A stretch of DNA of 62,326 nucleotides, the filler included. It is 15 parts of 15 records of this genome, joined end to end, with 100 filler letters (N's around TTAATTAATTAA, not from the genome) between each part and the next. Parts side by side here need not be neighbours in the genome. Positions count along the whole stretch, not along the records: positions 31,546 to 35,712 come from SRR15195285_14615; positions 35,813 to 39,084 come from SRR15195285_14671; positions 39,185 to 43,158 come from SRR15195285_14673; positions 43,259 to 47,241 come from SRR15195285_14715; 11 more parts are not named here. One strand, 5' to 3'. Positions within the stretch are counted from its first letter, which is position 1; every line of letters starts with the position of its first letter. Positions 35,290 to 47,076 of the stretch are shown in pieces. The position numbers and the translations under genes were made by a program. The notes under the pieces are model-generated. The model did not search any database and was not told the DNA's origin. It saw only the letters and a list, made by a program, of their open reading frames with translations.

Positions 35290-36123
35290 AGTGCCGCGTG
35301 CCGTTGAGTGAGAGCTGTCCTGCAGCCTCTGTGCTGCCAAGGTAGTACTACCACGCCCTATACCGGGTCGCGCTCCGTCTCCGCCCGCTGGCGTTGAATG
35401 TCCAACGCTGAGGTGCAGAGGCGCCACCGCCACCACCACCGCCACCACCACGCGCTCCGTCGCCTATGAATACATATGTCTCATTGAATAGCATGCACTA
35501 GCTATATATAGTAATGTACAATATAGCTACAGGCGCGCGTACCCGTGTACTAGTATGTGCGTACATGTAGCGGTACACGGCTAATATACTATGAATAGTA
35601 TATACCCGTCGGTACAGCGCGCGCATGCGCATTCTGGGTGCGCATGCACGATGCAGCTATGGTACACGCAGCCCTGTTTCGGATCTCCGAGTTCCAGCTG
35701 CGAGACTGCGCGNNNNNNNNNNNNNNNNNNNNNNNNNNNNNNNNNNNNNNNNNNNNTTAATTAATTAANNNNNNNNNNNNNNNNNNNNNNNNNNNNNNNN
35801 NNNNNNNNNNNNAGAGAGCGGGCAGTGGGCAACACATGAGAGGAACCGGAGCCTGAGGGTCGGTGTGGACGCAGAGGCAGAGGGCACCCAACTGCGGGAA
35901 CACATGAGATGAACCGGAGAAGCTCGGCGGCCGCGTGACGACAGCCTTCTCGCACACGATCTGCATCTCGTCCTGCAGGAGCTGCACGCACCGGGCGTGG
36001 TCGCCGCCCGCCCGCCGCAGCAGGGTCAGCCCGCGCTCGCGGCACGAGTCGGACGCGCGGTCCGCCCCCGTGGAAGAAGAGCGGTCGGTCGAGGAGGCTG
36101 CCAGGGAGCGCAGCAGCGCGGTG

Positions 36124-38952
36124 ATGGAAGGATCGGCTGGCGATGAAGCGGCGGCGGTGGCGGCGCTGTCGGAGTCAGAGTCGGAGTCCGAATACTCTGA
36201 GGAAGAGGACTACGCGTACGAGGATGACGGCGGCGACGATGGCATCAGCAGGCAGACGTCTGCCGACGTGTCGGGCCTGGGTCCGGACACGTCGGCTCGC
36301 AGATGGCTGCGGGACGGAGGGGAGGAGTCGCTGAACGCAGACCTCGAAGGTCTCGCCACGCATGGCTACAAGGGCGTCTGGCGGGTGTCCTCGGGCTCAG
36401 AGATTTGCGTGGCGGTCGAAGTGCCGTACTCGCGCTTCGGTCTTTCGAGGGAGCTCGCGCACTCGCTGCGGCTGGAGCCCGGCTGCGTCGTCGTCGTGAA
36501 ACTGCGGGCGCAGCTGCGACCCGCCAGCTGCCCCGTCCTGTTGCAGCCGGCCAGCGATCGCAAACTTCCCATGCTGCGCTTTACCGTACTGAAGGCAAAG
36601 CCGGGCATGCTGTCAGACATCCTCCGCCAGCGCAGCGCGCAGGATGATGCCGCCCAGTCTGGCCATGCAGAGTTTGGGCTGCGATACTCCCTGCAGGCCA
36701 TGCTCCAGTCTTTCTTTCTGCAGATGCTCGCGGTGGAAAATGAGACCTGGCATGCGCCGCACGCATACACAGAGAAGTACTCCCTAGTGTATGTGCGAAA
36801 CTGTGTGAACCGGGGCCTGGAACTGGACAGCGACCGGTACATGAGCGCAGAGGCTGCGGCGGAAAAGGACGAGGCTTTGAAAGAAGCAATTGCGGAGAGC
36901 CAGAGCGGACCTCGTTGTGCGTTTATGCACACAGAAGCGCGTGAAATTGAGCTCGCGCGCACCAATCACCTGCTGCGGCTGGCGCGATTTGTTAGGCAGC
37001 AGCTCGAGCTGTCCTCGCAGTACTGCTTGGTGTGCCACGCTCCAACGGCTGTCAAGGGAATCAAACCCTTCGTCTGCGCGTCGCCCCTGTGCCTACACCA
37101 ATGGCAAGAGCTGAGCTTAGGAGCCAATCCCGAAGTGGAAGTGGAGCAAAATCCGGAGGTGGTCGACCTAATGCTGTCTCTGTTCTACCAGTACGCTGTC
37201 AGCAACGAGGCGACCAGTGATGACGGCTTGCTTCCGACCTGGCAGAACATCAAAGGTTGGGTTCCTTGCTCGGGTACCTTGCGAAGTAGTGCAGCTGATG
37301 CGGACATCATCGAAGGCAGCGACACACGCTTCAGGGCGCAGCTGCTGAAGGGGGACTTTATTCGAGTTACCCCTGTGGCATCCGACGGCCGGCGACTCGC
37401 TGAGCAAACAAGGAAAGTCAAAGTAGTAGAGACCGACAGCAGCCTCAAACTAGAAGAACCCTTCTCGTGTGTACTTGAACATGCGACCTTTCACCGCATC
37501 CGTGAATCAGATGAAGCGCTGTGGGATGTGGGGTATGCAGCAGCAAATATTATTGACGGGACCCCGATGCGCATCTGGTGCAGTCAAGATCGACCATCGT
37601 CCCTTCCTTCAACATCCGTGCCGACGGGGCAGATGGGCGGCATGCCGGCTGTTTCTACTATGAGGGAGTGGGTTATCAACGGCGACAACTTGAAATGCAA
37701 ACTTGATCAGATCGATGGGCGCCTTTACTCACTTCTGCGCTGGGTGTTGTGTTCGATGCGTGGGCATCTACGGTATGTCGAACCCACGTCAGGCGAAATC
37801 ATCCCCCAGTTGAAACAGTTCAAGCAGTTTGTTCTCCTGTGTTCGAAACCTGAAACGGAGGCAACGTTTCAAGAGCTAGCCAAACAGACCGAAGTTCGTT
37901 ATGCTTTTCACGGCTCACCTGTGTGCAATTGGCACAGCATTCTACGGAATGGGCTCAATTTCAAAAAAACTAGTAACGGCCGGGCGTATGGCAATGGAAT
38001 ATACATGGCTACCGATTCTGGTGTAAGTATGGGGTATTGTGCACGAGGACATCGGGCAATTACTAGTACCTCGCAGAACCGCCCCGGCGCGGCCGCATTT
38101 GCACGCTGCAAACTCGTGGACTCTTCGTTCACGCCAGCGGCTGGTGCGAACGCTGGTTTCACTGGCTGGATAGCACGATCAATGTTCCAAGCGAACTTCT
38201 CGTGCATGGCTGTTTGCGAAGTGATATACCGACCGGGGGAGTTCGTAAGCACATCTCCGCACTGGGTAATCGATAAGCAGGAATGGGTGGTGACGCGATA
38301 TCTTTGCGTGGAGACGCGCGACGGCGAAGAATCGAAGCCGAAGCCTCCGGCGGCCAGTGTGGCGCGTTATAAGTCACTATACGGTCAGGGCGTGAGTGTG
38401 CCGGCAGCTAGCCTGGAAATCAACAAGGGTCCCTTGGTGGTAGCAGCCAGCTCGTCAGCTCCGGTGCTCGACGGTGCTGCAGGTGCGACTGGGAATATGA
38501 CAGGTGACCCTGCAGCAGACGACGAGGGCACGCAAATCAACGGACTGTGCCAGATGTTTCCGCAATTTGATCTGAGCACGATACACAATGTGTTGCTCAG
38601 TGTGAACAGCGATATAGATGAAGCTGTGCTTTTGCTTTCGTCGATGGCTGCATCGGCACCACACGGAAGTCGTGGTAAGAAACGATCACACTCAGACAAC
38701 GAAGTTGTAGATCTCACCGGCACGAAAGGTGCCTGTGAAATGGAAACTGCCAGAGCAACATCAGTTGAATCAACAGTTCAGGCTGCCGCAGCAGCAACTA
38801 CCTCCATGAACGAACCGGCTGCGAGTTTGATCGATGAAGTGATCTCTGGAGCAGCAGCAATGGGCTTGGAGCTGGAGAGATCGGGTGCAATCCGCCTTCT
38901 GCAAGATCACCACTGCCATGTGTCCGATGCTCTTGCCGCGGCTTTTGGATAG
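36124..38952 (+). CDS. PARP6/8/16-like ADP-ribosyltransferase with CUE and UBA-like C-terminal domains (intronless)
   Basis: CLVC..KPFVCASPLC Cys cluster; AFHGSPVCNWHSILRNGL..AYGNGIYMA..SMGY; AVCEVI..HWVI..VVTRYL; CUE LCQMFPQFDLSTIHNVL..DIDEAVLLL. First plausible ATG at 36124. Confidence 0.87.
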   Translation: MEGSAGDEAAAVAALSESESESEYSEEEDYAYEDDGGDDGISRQTSADVSGLGPDTSARRWLRDGGEESLNADLEGLATHGYKGVWRVSSGSEICVAVEVPYSRFGLSRELAHSLRLEPGCVVVVKLRAQLRPASCPVLLQPASDRKLPMLRFTVLKAKPGMLSDILRQRSAQDDAAQSGHAEFGLRYSLQAMLQSFFLQMLAVENETWHAPHAYTEKYSLVYVRNCVNRGLELDSDRYMSAEAAAEKDEALKEAIAESQSGPRCAFMHTEAREIELARTNHLLRLARFVRQQLELSSQYCLVCHAPTAVKGIKPFVCASPLCLHQWQELSLGANPEVEVEQNPEVVDLMLSLFYQYAVSNEATSDDGLLPTWQNIKGWVPCSGTLRSSAADADIIEGSDTRFRAQLLKGDFIRVTPVASDGRRLAEQTRKVKVVETDSSLKLEEPFSCVLEHATFHRIRESDEALWDVGYAAANIIDGTPMRIWCSQDRPSSLPSTSVPTGQMGGMPAVSTMREWVINGDNLKCKLDQIDGRLYSLLRWVLCSMRGHLRYVEPTSGEIIPQLKQFKQFVLLCSKPETEATFQELAKQTEVRYAFHGSPVCNWHSILRNGLNFKKTSNGRAYGNGIYMATDSGVSMGYCARGHRAITSTSQNRPGAAAFARCKLVDSSFTPAAGANAGFTGWIARSMFQANFSCMAVCEVIYRPGEFVSTSPHWVIDKQEWVVTRYLCVETRDGEESKPKPPAASVARYKSLYGQGVSVPAASLEINKGPLVVAASSSAPVLDGAAGATGNMTGDPAADDEGTQINGLCQMFPQFDLSTIHNVLLSVNSDIDEAVLLLSSMAASAPHGSRGKKRSHSDNEVVDLTGTKGACEMETARATSVESTVQAAAAATTSMNEPAASLIDEVISGAAAMGLELERSGAIRLLQDHHCHVSDALAAAFG

Positions 38953-39184
38953 CAAAAGAATGCAGTGCCGCTATGGCCGCACATATCGCTCGATGTAATT
39001 CAACGTTTGCATTTTCTGTGACGCAACGTACTTATCTACGGCTGTGTGTATACATCTGGTTATCAGGTCGTCATTCAAACCCCTNNNNNNNNNNNNNNNN
39101 NNNNNNNNNNNNNNNNNNNNNNNNNNNNTTAATTAATTAANNNNNNNNNNNNNNNNNNNNNNNNNNNNNNNNNNNNNNNNNNNN

Positions 39185-39420
39185 GCTGCTGCTGCTGCTG
39201 CTGCTGCTGCGCAGGCTGCCTGTGGCGCTGCGGCGCTGTGGCGCTGTGGCGCTGCGTCTCTCTCGTTCTGTCTCTCTCTGTCTCTCTCTCTGTGGGTGGG
39301 CGTGAGTGGTCGTGCATCTGTCGGTCTGGTATGTCTATGTGTCAGCCGGCCCCTTTCTATCTGCTCTGTCTGCCCCGTGTCTGTCTGTCCGATTGTCCAT
39401 CCGTCCGTCCATCCGTCGGT
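39185..39420. repeat. Microsatellite-rich tract ((CTG)n, (CT)n/CTGT, CCGT repeats), probably the 5' exon/intron of the GH2 gene
   Basis: Read directly; pyrimidine-rich tract ending at the acceptor ggcag|gt at 39502. Confidence 0.75.
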
Positions 39421-39502
39421 CTGCCTCCCTTTCTGTCGCGGTGTCTCTGCGGCTGACTGTCGCTGATGCTCTTGTGTGGATGACGCGCTCCGGCTCCGGC
39501 AG

Positions 39503-41677
39503 GTACTGGCCCAAGTTCGGCGGGAACCGGAATGTGCAGCTGCTGGACGGACAATGGGACTACAACTTCATCGATGGCTGGGACTCGGGGTTCGACTCCA
39601 TGTCGCCGTCGTTCAGCCCCGCCGACGCTACCCTCATGAAGAAGACGGCGGTGCCGTCGTGTTCGGACGTGGTCGCAGGGGGTGCGCCTGGCTATCTTGG
39701 GCCGCGTGGCGTCGCGATGTACAAGACGAGCTTCGACACGTTGAACGCACGGAGCGGCGGGGCCTTGCCCGTGCGCCTGCAGTTCCAGTCCTGCTCTTTC
39801 TACTGCCGAGTCTTCGTCAACAACAAGGAGGTTCAGCCGCCCCTCCCAGAAGGCGCGGAAGGGCCAGGCCACCGCGCCGGTGGCTACGTTGCGTTCTTTG
39901 TGGACGTCCCGGCCGAAGTCCTCAAGTCCGGCGGTGAAAACGAGCTGTTTGTCCTCGCAGATAATCGTTTCAACCACACCACCGCGCCGATGCACACTGG
40001 TGGAGACTTCTGGCATTACGGAGGCCTGACCCGCTCCGTCGAATTGCACACGCTAGCGGAGAAGGAGGCAGTGCTGTGGCGCGCATACGTACTGCCTACC
40101 GGCGCCGACCCTGTCGATGGCACAACAGATGCTCCTGACTCCATTGACATGACGCTGGTCCTCAGCAGCCCAGTGGATGGGCCGATCGAATTTACAGTTG
40201 CATTCGACAATGGCACGAGTACTGCCATGAAGGGCGTGGCAAGCAAAGGCCAAGTGTCTCTGGCAAAACTCGCGGTTCCCAGTCCCAAGTTGTGGTCACC
40301 AGAGGAGCCGAACCTTCATACCGTCACGGTGACTTACAAGGGAGGCTCGGTCACTGAGCGATTCGGACTGAGGAGCTTCGGTGTTGAGAAGGATAGCGCT
40401 CGAATTACGATCAATGGGAAAGTCACCAAGCTCGTGGGCTGTGAGTGCTGTGTCATCATCGATTGGGCAGTCTTGCGAGTGCTCAGACCCGTGTCGGACA
40501 ATAGTTCGCTGACTAGCATTGGCTGTGTTGTGTCGCAGGGAACCACCACACGCAGTGGCCGGTTACAGCAGCAAGCCCCACAGATGACCAAATGGACGCA
40601 GACATTGCACTGCTCAAGAAAGGCAATGCGAACTACGTGCGAGGCGCCCACTACCCGCACGATCCGCGCATGATTGATAGATTTGACGAGGCTGGCATCT
40701 TGTTCTGGTCTGAAACACTGGGTCCATCCGTGTCATCGAAAAACATGAATGACTGGGACTTCTTCATGAAATTTCAGCTGCAGCAACTCGAACAGATGCT
40801 GGATAATGCCATGAATCATGCATCCATCCTGACCTGGGGATGGTTTAACGAAGGACCCAGCAACGATCCCAAGAACTGTCCAGCGTATGCTGCGAACGGC
40901 GACTACGCTCGGAAGCGCGATCCAAGCCGGTTCACAACCTGGGCGGATGACAAGGACGCTGGCGGTGCTTGCTATGCCCATGCGACTATGGTGGCGTTCA
41001 ACAATTATCCTGGCTGGTACAATCGCCAGGGTGATCCGGAGGCACCAAAAGTATGGAGCTCTCTTGCTGCGGCAGTGCGTGGTGGGACGACAAAGAGTGG
41101 CGCCGGGACGCTGGGAAAGCCAATGGTCATTTCTGAGACCGGAGCTGCGGGTATCTACGAATGGTCTGCCAACAAAACAGACGCGAAATGGACGCTGAAA
41201 TATCAATCCGAGGTGATTTCGACCTGTGTAGAAACGGCGATTGCGTGCCCGAACATCAGTGGCATCACCCTGTGGCATTTCTATGATTTCAAGGTCGATA
41301 ACTGTGGGGCTACGTGGCCGTGCAACCACAAGTCTGCTCAGCCTGGTGCCGGCGCCGGCCAGGAAAACAACACTCACTGCATCTATGACCATTCGCCCCC
41401 GACAACTTTTGCTGATCTCAAGAGCGACGGTCCGCCAAATTGCACCTCAATAATCGTGAATGGACGCCCAGGGGGTGAGAACCACAAGGGAAGTCTCGAC
41501 TTTTGGCGGCGGGAGAAGCCTGCATTTAGTGAAACCTCTGCTAAGTACAAGGTGCGTCGCAGCGTCTCACTTTATAAGAGTTATTGCTAGTGGTCGGAAC
41601 AGCAAGCGACCAGTTGACCATGTGTTGTCGCTGACCAGGACGCACAAATCAATGATGGCTTTCGCACGATGCAGTAG
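39503..41677 (+). CDS. Glycoside hydrolase family 2 (beta-glucuronidase/galactosidase-like), 5' exon not resolved
   Basis: LLDGQWDY, DFWHYGGLTRSV, KLWSPEEPNLH, KLVG|WNHH (intron 40441-40538), NYVRGAHYPHD, acid/base WGWFNE, nucleophile VISETG, NHKG. Last intron 41552-41638. Confidence 0.92.
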
Positions 41678-41909
41678 CAATGGCCATCGTTCGCCCCGAA
41701 CAGTCCTGCGACTTGATCGTGGACGTGGGCCTGAGCTGGACTACGAGGCTTGTCTGTACACACAGAGCCGGAAGAGTTTAATGTACAAATCTGCGATCCT
41801 ACATGAGATTGTCACTGATTGATACTAGTACATTGCTATGAATCCTTGAAGCACTACCGCAGCTTGCGGCACCTAAGGCTTTGGTGGTCGGAAGCAAACC
41901 AAATTGAAA

Positions 41910-43158
41910 TCATGTAGCTGAGTAGTGTAACCCTTTCAAGGCGTTTGGCGAAATGATTTCGTCCGCTACGCCAGCCTGTTCCATTGCCGCTAGCAGCTCC
42001 GGATTCAGCTGTCTCAGGTGATTTCGACGAACATCGTCAAGCACACGGGCTTTGATGGAAGGCATACGGACCTGCAAAATGATGAAAATACGCATGATCC
42101 AACACACAGTCAGTAATTATAGGCCAAGTGCGCCGTGCGCAATACAAGTCGATGCAGCATCTGCATCCGGTGCTAGTGCCTTACATGACATGAGACAGGC
42201 TGGTTGCAACGCACCCCCATCCTGATTCGAGCCTCGCGGCATGCAAAGTTGTCTGCTGGTAGCTTCTTGCCAGCTTTCCTTTCACATATTGCGTATAACA
42301 CTTCATAGAAATTCAGCTCTCCCGTAACTAAGGTGCGCATGGCTTGATTAGCCTGGCCGCCTGGCTTGTCTTCAGCAAGCTCAAGCTTATCATCAGCTGC
42401 GACCCTTGCGTCGTTAAATCTCATTAACCCGTCCGTCAACTCAGTTTTTGTGAGCTGTTTGCTTGCAGCTGTTGCTACTTGGCTGATATCTGCGATTACC
42501 TGCTCAGCATCTGCGGTATTGACCATCGAACCTCCCGTGCCTCCGAAATATGGACTGCTCACCATTGCAGTTACTTCCTTTTTCGTTAAACTGCTGATCA
42601 ATGCAAGTCGAGCGTACAGCTTGTCCGTACGCAGCCGCAGTTCCACATTGATGTCCTGCTCACCATCGCTGCTTTTCAGTGCTCGATCCGCCTTTTCCCA
42701 TTGCAACGCTCCAGTACGTGCAACCATTTCGCGGGCTACCAACTTCTTTTTCCATCCTTCAGCACGGTGCAGTTTGCCGACCTTATGAGGCGCGCACCCC
42801 TTCGTGCCTCTGACAGTATCAATCCACTCATCCCGTTCCGCAGCTGTGGCTGCGAAGAAAACATAGATCTTGCCCTGCGGTTGACTTGCTTTTTTATGTT
42901 TGTTCGACTGGACAACAAAGGACGGTTTTCCGTCGACTTCGTCGCCAGGCACAATACTATCGATCTCTCCGCACTGCAATCCATTGTTCTTCTCGACTAT
43001 TTCTTCTTCAAACACGAAGTCTGAGATTCGGCAGATACGGTCCGCTGCTCCTGCTGGAGTTGCCGCTTCTCGCACATCTGGTTGACTTTCGCCGAGCAAG
43101 TAGCGACTGAATTGGCCGTCTGGCAAATCAACAAGACGAAAGCCCCTTTCGTCATAGT
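41910..43158 (-). CDS. PH-domain-containing protein, 5' truncated
   Basis: PH C-terminal strand/helix SFVV..KIYVFFAATAAERDEWIDTVR. Intron 42072-42214 leads to the last exon VRMPSIK..HYSAT-stop. Confidence 0.7.
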
Positions 43159-43258
43159 NNNNNNNNNNNNNNNNNNNNNNNNNNNNNNNNNNNNNNNNNN
43201 NNTTAATTAATTAANNNNNNNNNNNNNNNNNNNNNNNNNNNNNNNNNNNNNNNNNNNN

Positions 43259-45593
43259 GAGCCGGAGCCGGAGTCGGAGCCGGAGCCATTAGAGTGTCCC
43301 CAGACAAAAGGCCCTCTAACGTCAGACAGCTGCAGGGAGCCTGAGCCAGTGATTGACTCAGATCCTGAAGCAGAGAGTTCGCTTCAGCCAGAGATGCTGT
43401 ATCGCGAGCTTGAGGACCTACGAGTGCTTGCCGCGCAAACGCGTACGACGATAACGGCAGAGCATGCCGCCGAGCTGAGTGGACTGCGCGCGGAGGTTCG
43501 TGAGATGCGTGCCCTAGTGGCCACGGCAGAATTGCGGGAGAGAGAGCTGCGAGCTACGCACGCCAGAGAGCTTGAGTCGCTCCAGCGGCAACTCGCATTA
43601 GCGTGGGAGGATGCCGCACGCTTGCGTACTGAGGTGGAGGGCAAGGGGCAGCCAGCGGAGGATGACAGTAGTGCTGGACTGCAGCAAGCAAGCACGCATA
43701 GTCCCATCGCGCTGACGTCGGAGGAAGGGTTGCGAGAAGCGCGCACACCGAGTGAATGCCAGGATTCGCAGCTGATCCACGGCCCAACGATTGCTGGTAG
43801 CCTGCTGTCTCACACTGAGGCCGGCTCTTCAGCAGGAGCAAGTACAGCCAGAGCACCGACCGAATTGACCAGATCAATCGAAGATCAGCCTAGTAGAAAC
43901 ATTGAGTCACTTGGGCCAGATATTGATAGCGATGAGGTCGATCTGCGCAGCATCACAGAGCAGATTGAGGCAATACAGGAGGCCACGGTGGCTGCGATCG
44001 CTCATGCTCGGTCTGCTATTGCTATCGACGATACCGAACAGCCGCATGCTCTCGATAGCACACCAGCAGGTGCTGACCACCAGAACGCTGGAGTCGACGA
44101 CGTACGCCTCACTGCTCGTTTGGGTTCACCCGGCGGTCCTGATCTCCACGAGCATGTGCCTCGAGCCACTGCTGCCGAACATGCTGCTGAGGCAGCAGCC
44201 TCAGCTTCAGCTTTAGTAGATTTAACCCGAGAAGACTACAGCAGCGACGCGAGTGCATTGGAGCGAGACGTCAAGTACTCCGACCCAGATATCGATGAAG
44301 CTGACAGAGAGCGACTTTCACTTGTAGACGACCCCACGCTAGCACAAACTACTCACGTCACGCATTACATTTCCACTGCTAGTGGCCGTACACAGTATCC
44401 TGATACCAGTGTTGGCATACCACCACCAGCAGAAAGACGTAGACATGGGGACAAAGGAGCAGAACGGGGAAAGCTTCTGCAGCGTCGTGATGCATTGGTC
44501 GAAGTCGCAGCGTCGGTCAGCAGCACTGACAGTGAAATTGAGGCGCATTCTCCGCGTCGCGCTCGTGTTCACACGCCACCGTCAAGGACAGGAAGCGTGC
44601 ACGGCGACATCGCCAGCTGGCAACAAAGTTACTATGGAAGGTCACCACGCTTGCGCTCACCTCGGCAGAGTACGAGAAAGTCGCTTCACTTCGATGTCAC
44701 TCAGCTGCTTGGTTTGTGGGACGCCACTGGTCAGCTCTACAGTGATGGTATGAGCGACGACGGTGACCTGCCAACTTTTGAGAGATTTGTACTGGTAAGT
44801 ATGAGCGTGACTACTGTCGCTTGCCATTCCTCTTGTCGCAACAAGTTGCTGCCACAATATTCTGTGTGGTGATACATGGCTTTCAGAATTACCCAGCAGC
44901 AGCGCCAGCGCCTAATTTCCGTGTCGCTGTTTGCTTGAACTTCAGGTGCAAAGTGCGGATGGGGCTGTAGTTGGGCATGGGACTGAGCACCTCCACGCAC
45001 AGGGGCAGACTCGAGGTGGTGCAAGGGCAGTAAACCCGTTCACAATCGCCGAAGTCGGTGCGGCTACACGCTCCTTCATGCTCTACAGACAGCTAGGCTA
45101 ACAGCATTGTGCGGCACATGTCTGCGAAGTCTCTGCGAAGATCTAATTTGCCGCGCCTGTGTCCTGTGATTTTGTAGAGATTGCTGATGCCAACTCAGAC
45201 GCAGCCCTTTTCGGTACCTCATTCAGTGGACAGATCCGGTTCGTGCAGACATTCGGCGATGGATCACAGACCACGTGGCAGGCCCTGGTGGTGGCGGTTG
45301 GGGAAGAGCAAGAAGGAGAACGACCAGGGCTTGATCCGCTGTGGTCGCAAAGCAAGGCTGCAGAGTCAAGTAGACCAGTGCTGCAGTCTCCACGTGAGCT
45401 TGAGATGCGTGCTGGGCGCTGGTGGGCGGGCGGTCGCCCACGTGGCAGCCCGATTGGAGAATGGCACGCAACGCGTCATCATCGGACTGCTTTTACCGGC
45501 CGTCGGACTTCTTTGTCAAGGTCTCCGCATTCGGCTAGGAGTTACAGCCCCGAGCATGAGGCACAGAGGAAAAGCCGGGTTGGAGAGAATTGA
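43259..45593 (+). CDS. Hypothetical protein (EP-repeat start, coiled coil, disordered region, small beta-rich C-terminal domain), 5' truncated, spliced
   Basis: Open frame from the contig edge (GAGCCG repeats = EPEPESEPEP) through the 507-aa ORF; GTAAGT donor after FERFVL; later exon in ORF 45159-45593. Middle exon structure uncertain. Confidence 0.55.
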
Positions 45594-45666
45594 CGTGCCG
45601 CCCCTTTTCAGCGAGAACACTCTGTGGCTCTGAGCGTGGCCTTGAACGTACACACTGCTGCATTGA

Positions 45667-47076
45667 TCAGATATCTGCCGACTCGGCCTCTGCAAGCCTG
45701 GCTTTCAGCTCAGCCTTCGATCCCTTCACAGACAAGCCACGAGACTTGAGTTCCTGCTTAAGCATTTGGCTTTCTTTCAATCCACCCAGTTGGCCAGTCT
45801 GGTCAGCACCACCAGTGGAGGGAGCAGTTGCAGCCTTTCGGTTGCTCCCACGTCGCGTCCTTGTAGACTGTTGCTGCTCGGCACTAGCGCCATCGGTTTC
45901 AAACGGCACGACTGCTTCTCCCTGGAGTGTCGTAATCTCCATACGCTTGAGCTGCTCCGCCAGCTCCCTGCACTCGATGACAGGAGCGAGATTGGAGCCA
46001 GTCGACATATGAGGGAGAGGCTGCATTCTTATAATTGACATCAATCTGTAGCTACAGTTGCAGTTGAATTTCCCTTACCATGCGGTTAAACCCACATCGT
46101 TTGTGAGTTCCGTGTCACAACCAGCATTCCGTAGCAGCCGTGCACCTGCATTCGGGACGAACACGCCCGGGACACTTGACACGACAGGCGTTGCTGTTGC
46201 GCCTGAGTATCAAGAATATTCTTACAGTCAAGGTGCCCCGCCGCACAGGCGACATGGAAGGCAGTGTACCGCCGGCTGTCGCCGCAGTCAATCTGCGCGC
46301 AGCCACTCGCCTTTAGTAGCCTCTTCAGCTTCTTGACGTCTCCTACTGTGGCTGCCGAGTGCAGGGAGGTTGGTTGCGAGCGTGTTGCCTGCCGCTTGGC
46401 TAGCATAGGATCTTCGATCTCCTGCTCGGAGGCAAGAACGCTCGTTCCGCCACCTGTCGCCTTTTCTTTGGCCATTGCATCAACTGCGGCAGATATCTCG
46501 GAGTAGCCGGCGGGTTTTCCACCACGCGCGACTAGTCCGACACCGTCAATCACCAAGCCATACAGCGCGGCCCAGAACTGATGATTTGGCAGCCAGTCCC
46601 CTGGTGCACTCCGCCCCTGCTGCCTTTTCACCACAATACCGCCAATGAAGTAGCCCGACGTGCTGAGCAGAAACACCACGACGAAGATCCACGACTCCTC
46701 TGCCTGCTTGGCTTTTTCGCTGCAATCCGAGCCAGATAGCTTCCCAGAGGTCCAACCTAGGCGAACAAATGAACACTTGGTGAGAGGGTGTGCTGAACGA
46801 GTTGCGCTACGCCAAGCAAGCACGCACCAGATGACCACACGGTACTGCTCGGCACTTCTGCGTACAGCGTGCACTCCTCGTTCTGTACCCCATCCGCATT
46901 GAAGCTGCACGTGCGGTATCGAGCGGGCAGGGGTTGCCGATGTCAGCGAAGTGTGTGCGTGTGCAGAACGCATGGAAAGCGCACGTAAATGCGACGCAGC
47001 CGATGGAGTCTGCGTCCACGCAGCAAGCCTGCTCACACAGCTCGATGGAAGCAGCCGACACGGCCTTGCTCGTGCC
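45667..47076 (-). CDS. Single-pass membrane protein: PAN/Apple-like domain, M6PR/ATG27-like TM and tail, ankyrin repeats, SAP domain (5' truncated)
   Basis: Spliced CEQACC..CVAFT|FN..CTLY..G|WTSG; TM WIFVVVFLLSTSGYFIGG..LPNHQFWAALYGLVIDG; TSLHSAA, TAFHVACAAGHLD|CARLL..GLTA|WELA; LKQELKSRGLSVKGSKAELKARL. Confidence 0.8.

Noticed and set aside
35813-36050. Possible divergent gene start opposite the PARP gene
   Set aside because: Short, truncated by the contig edge, with no motif or clear ATG.
42200-42340. GELNFYEVLYAICER..G..LP resembling a voltage-gated channel C-terminal tail
   Set aside because: The similarity is too short and no TM segments are present on the contig, so it cannot be supported without an HMM search.
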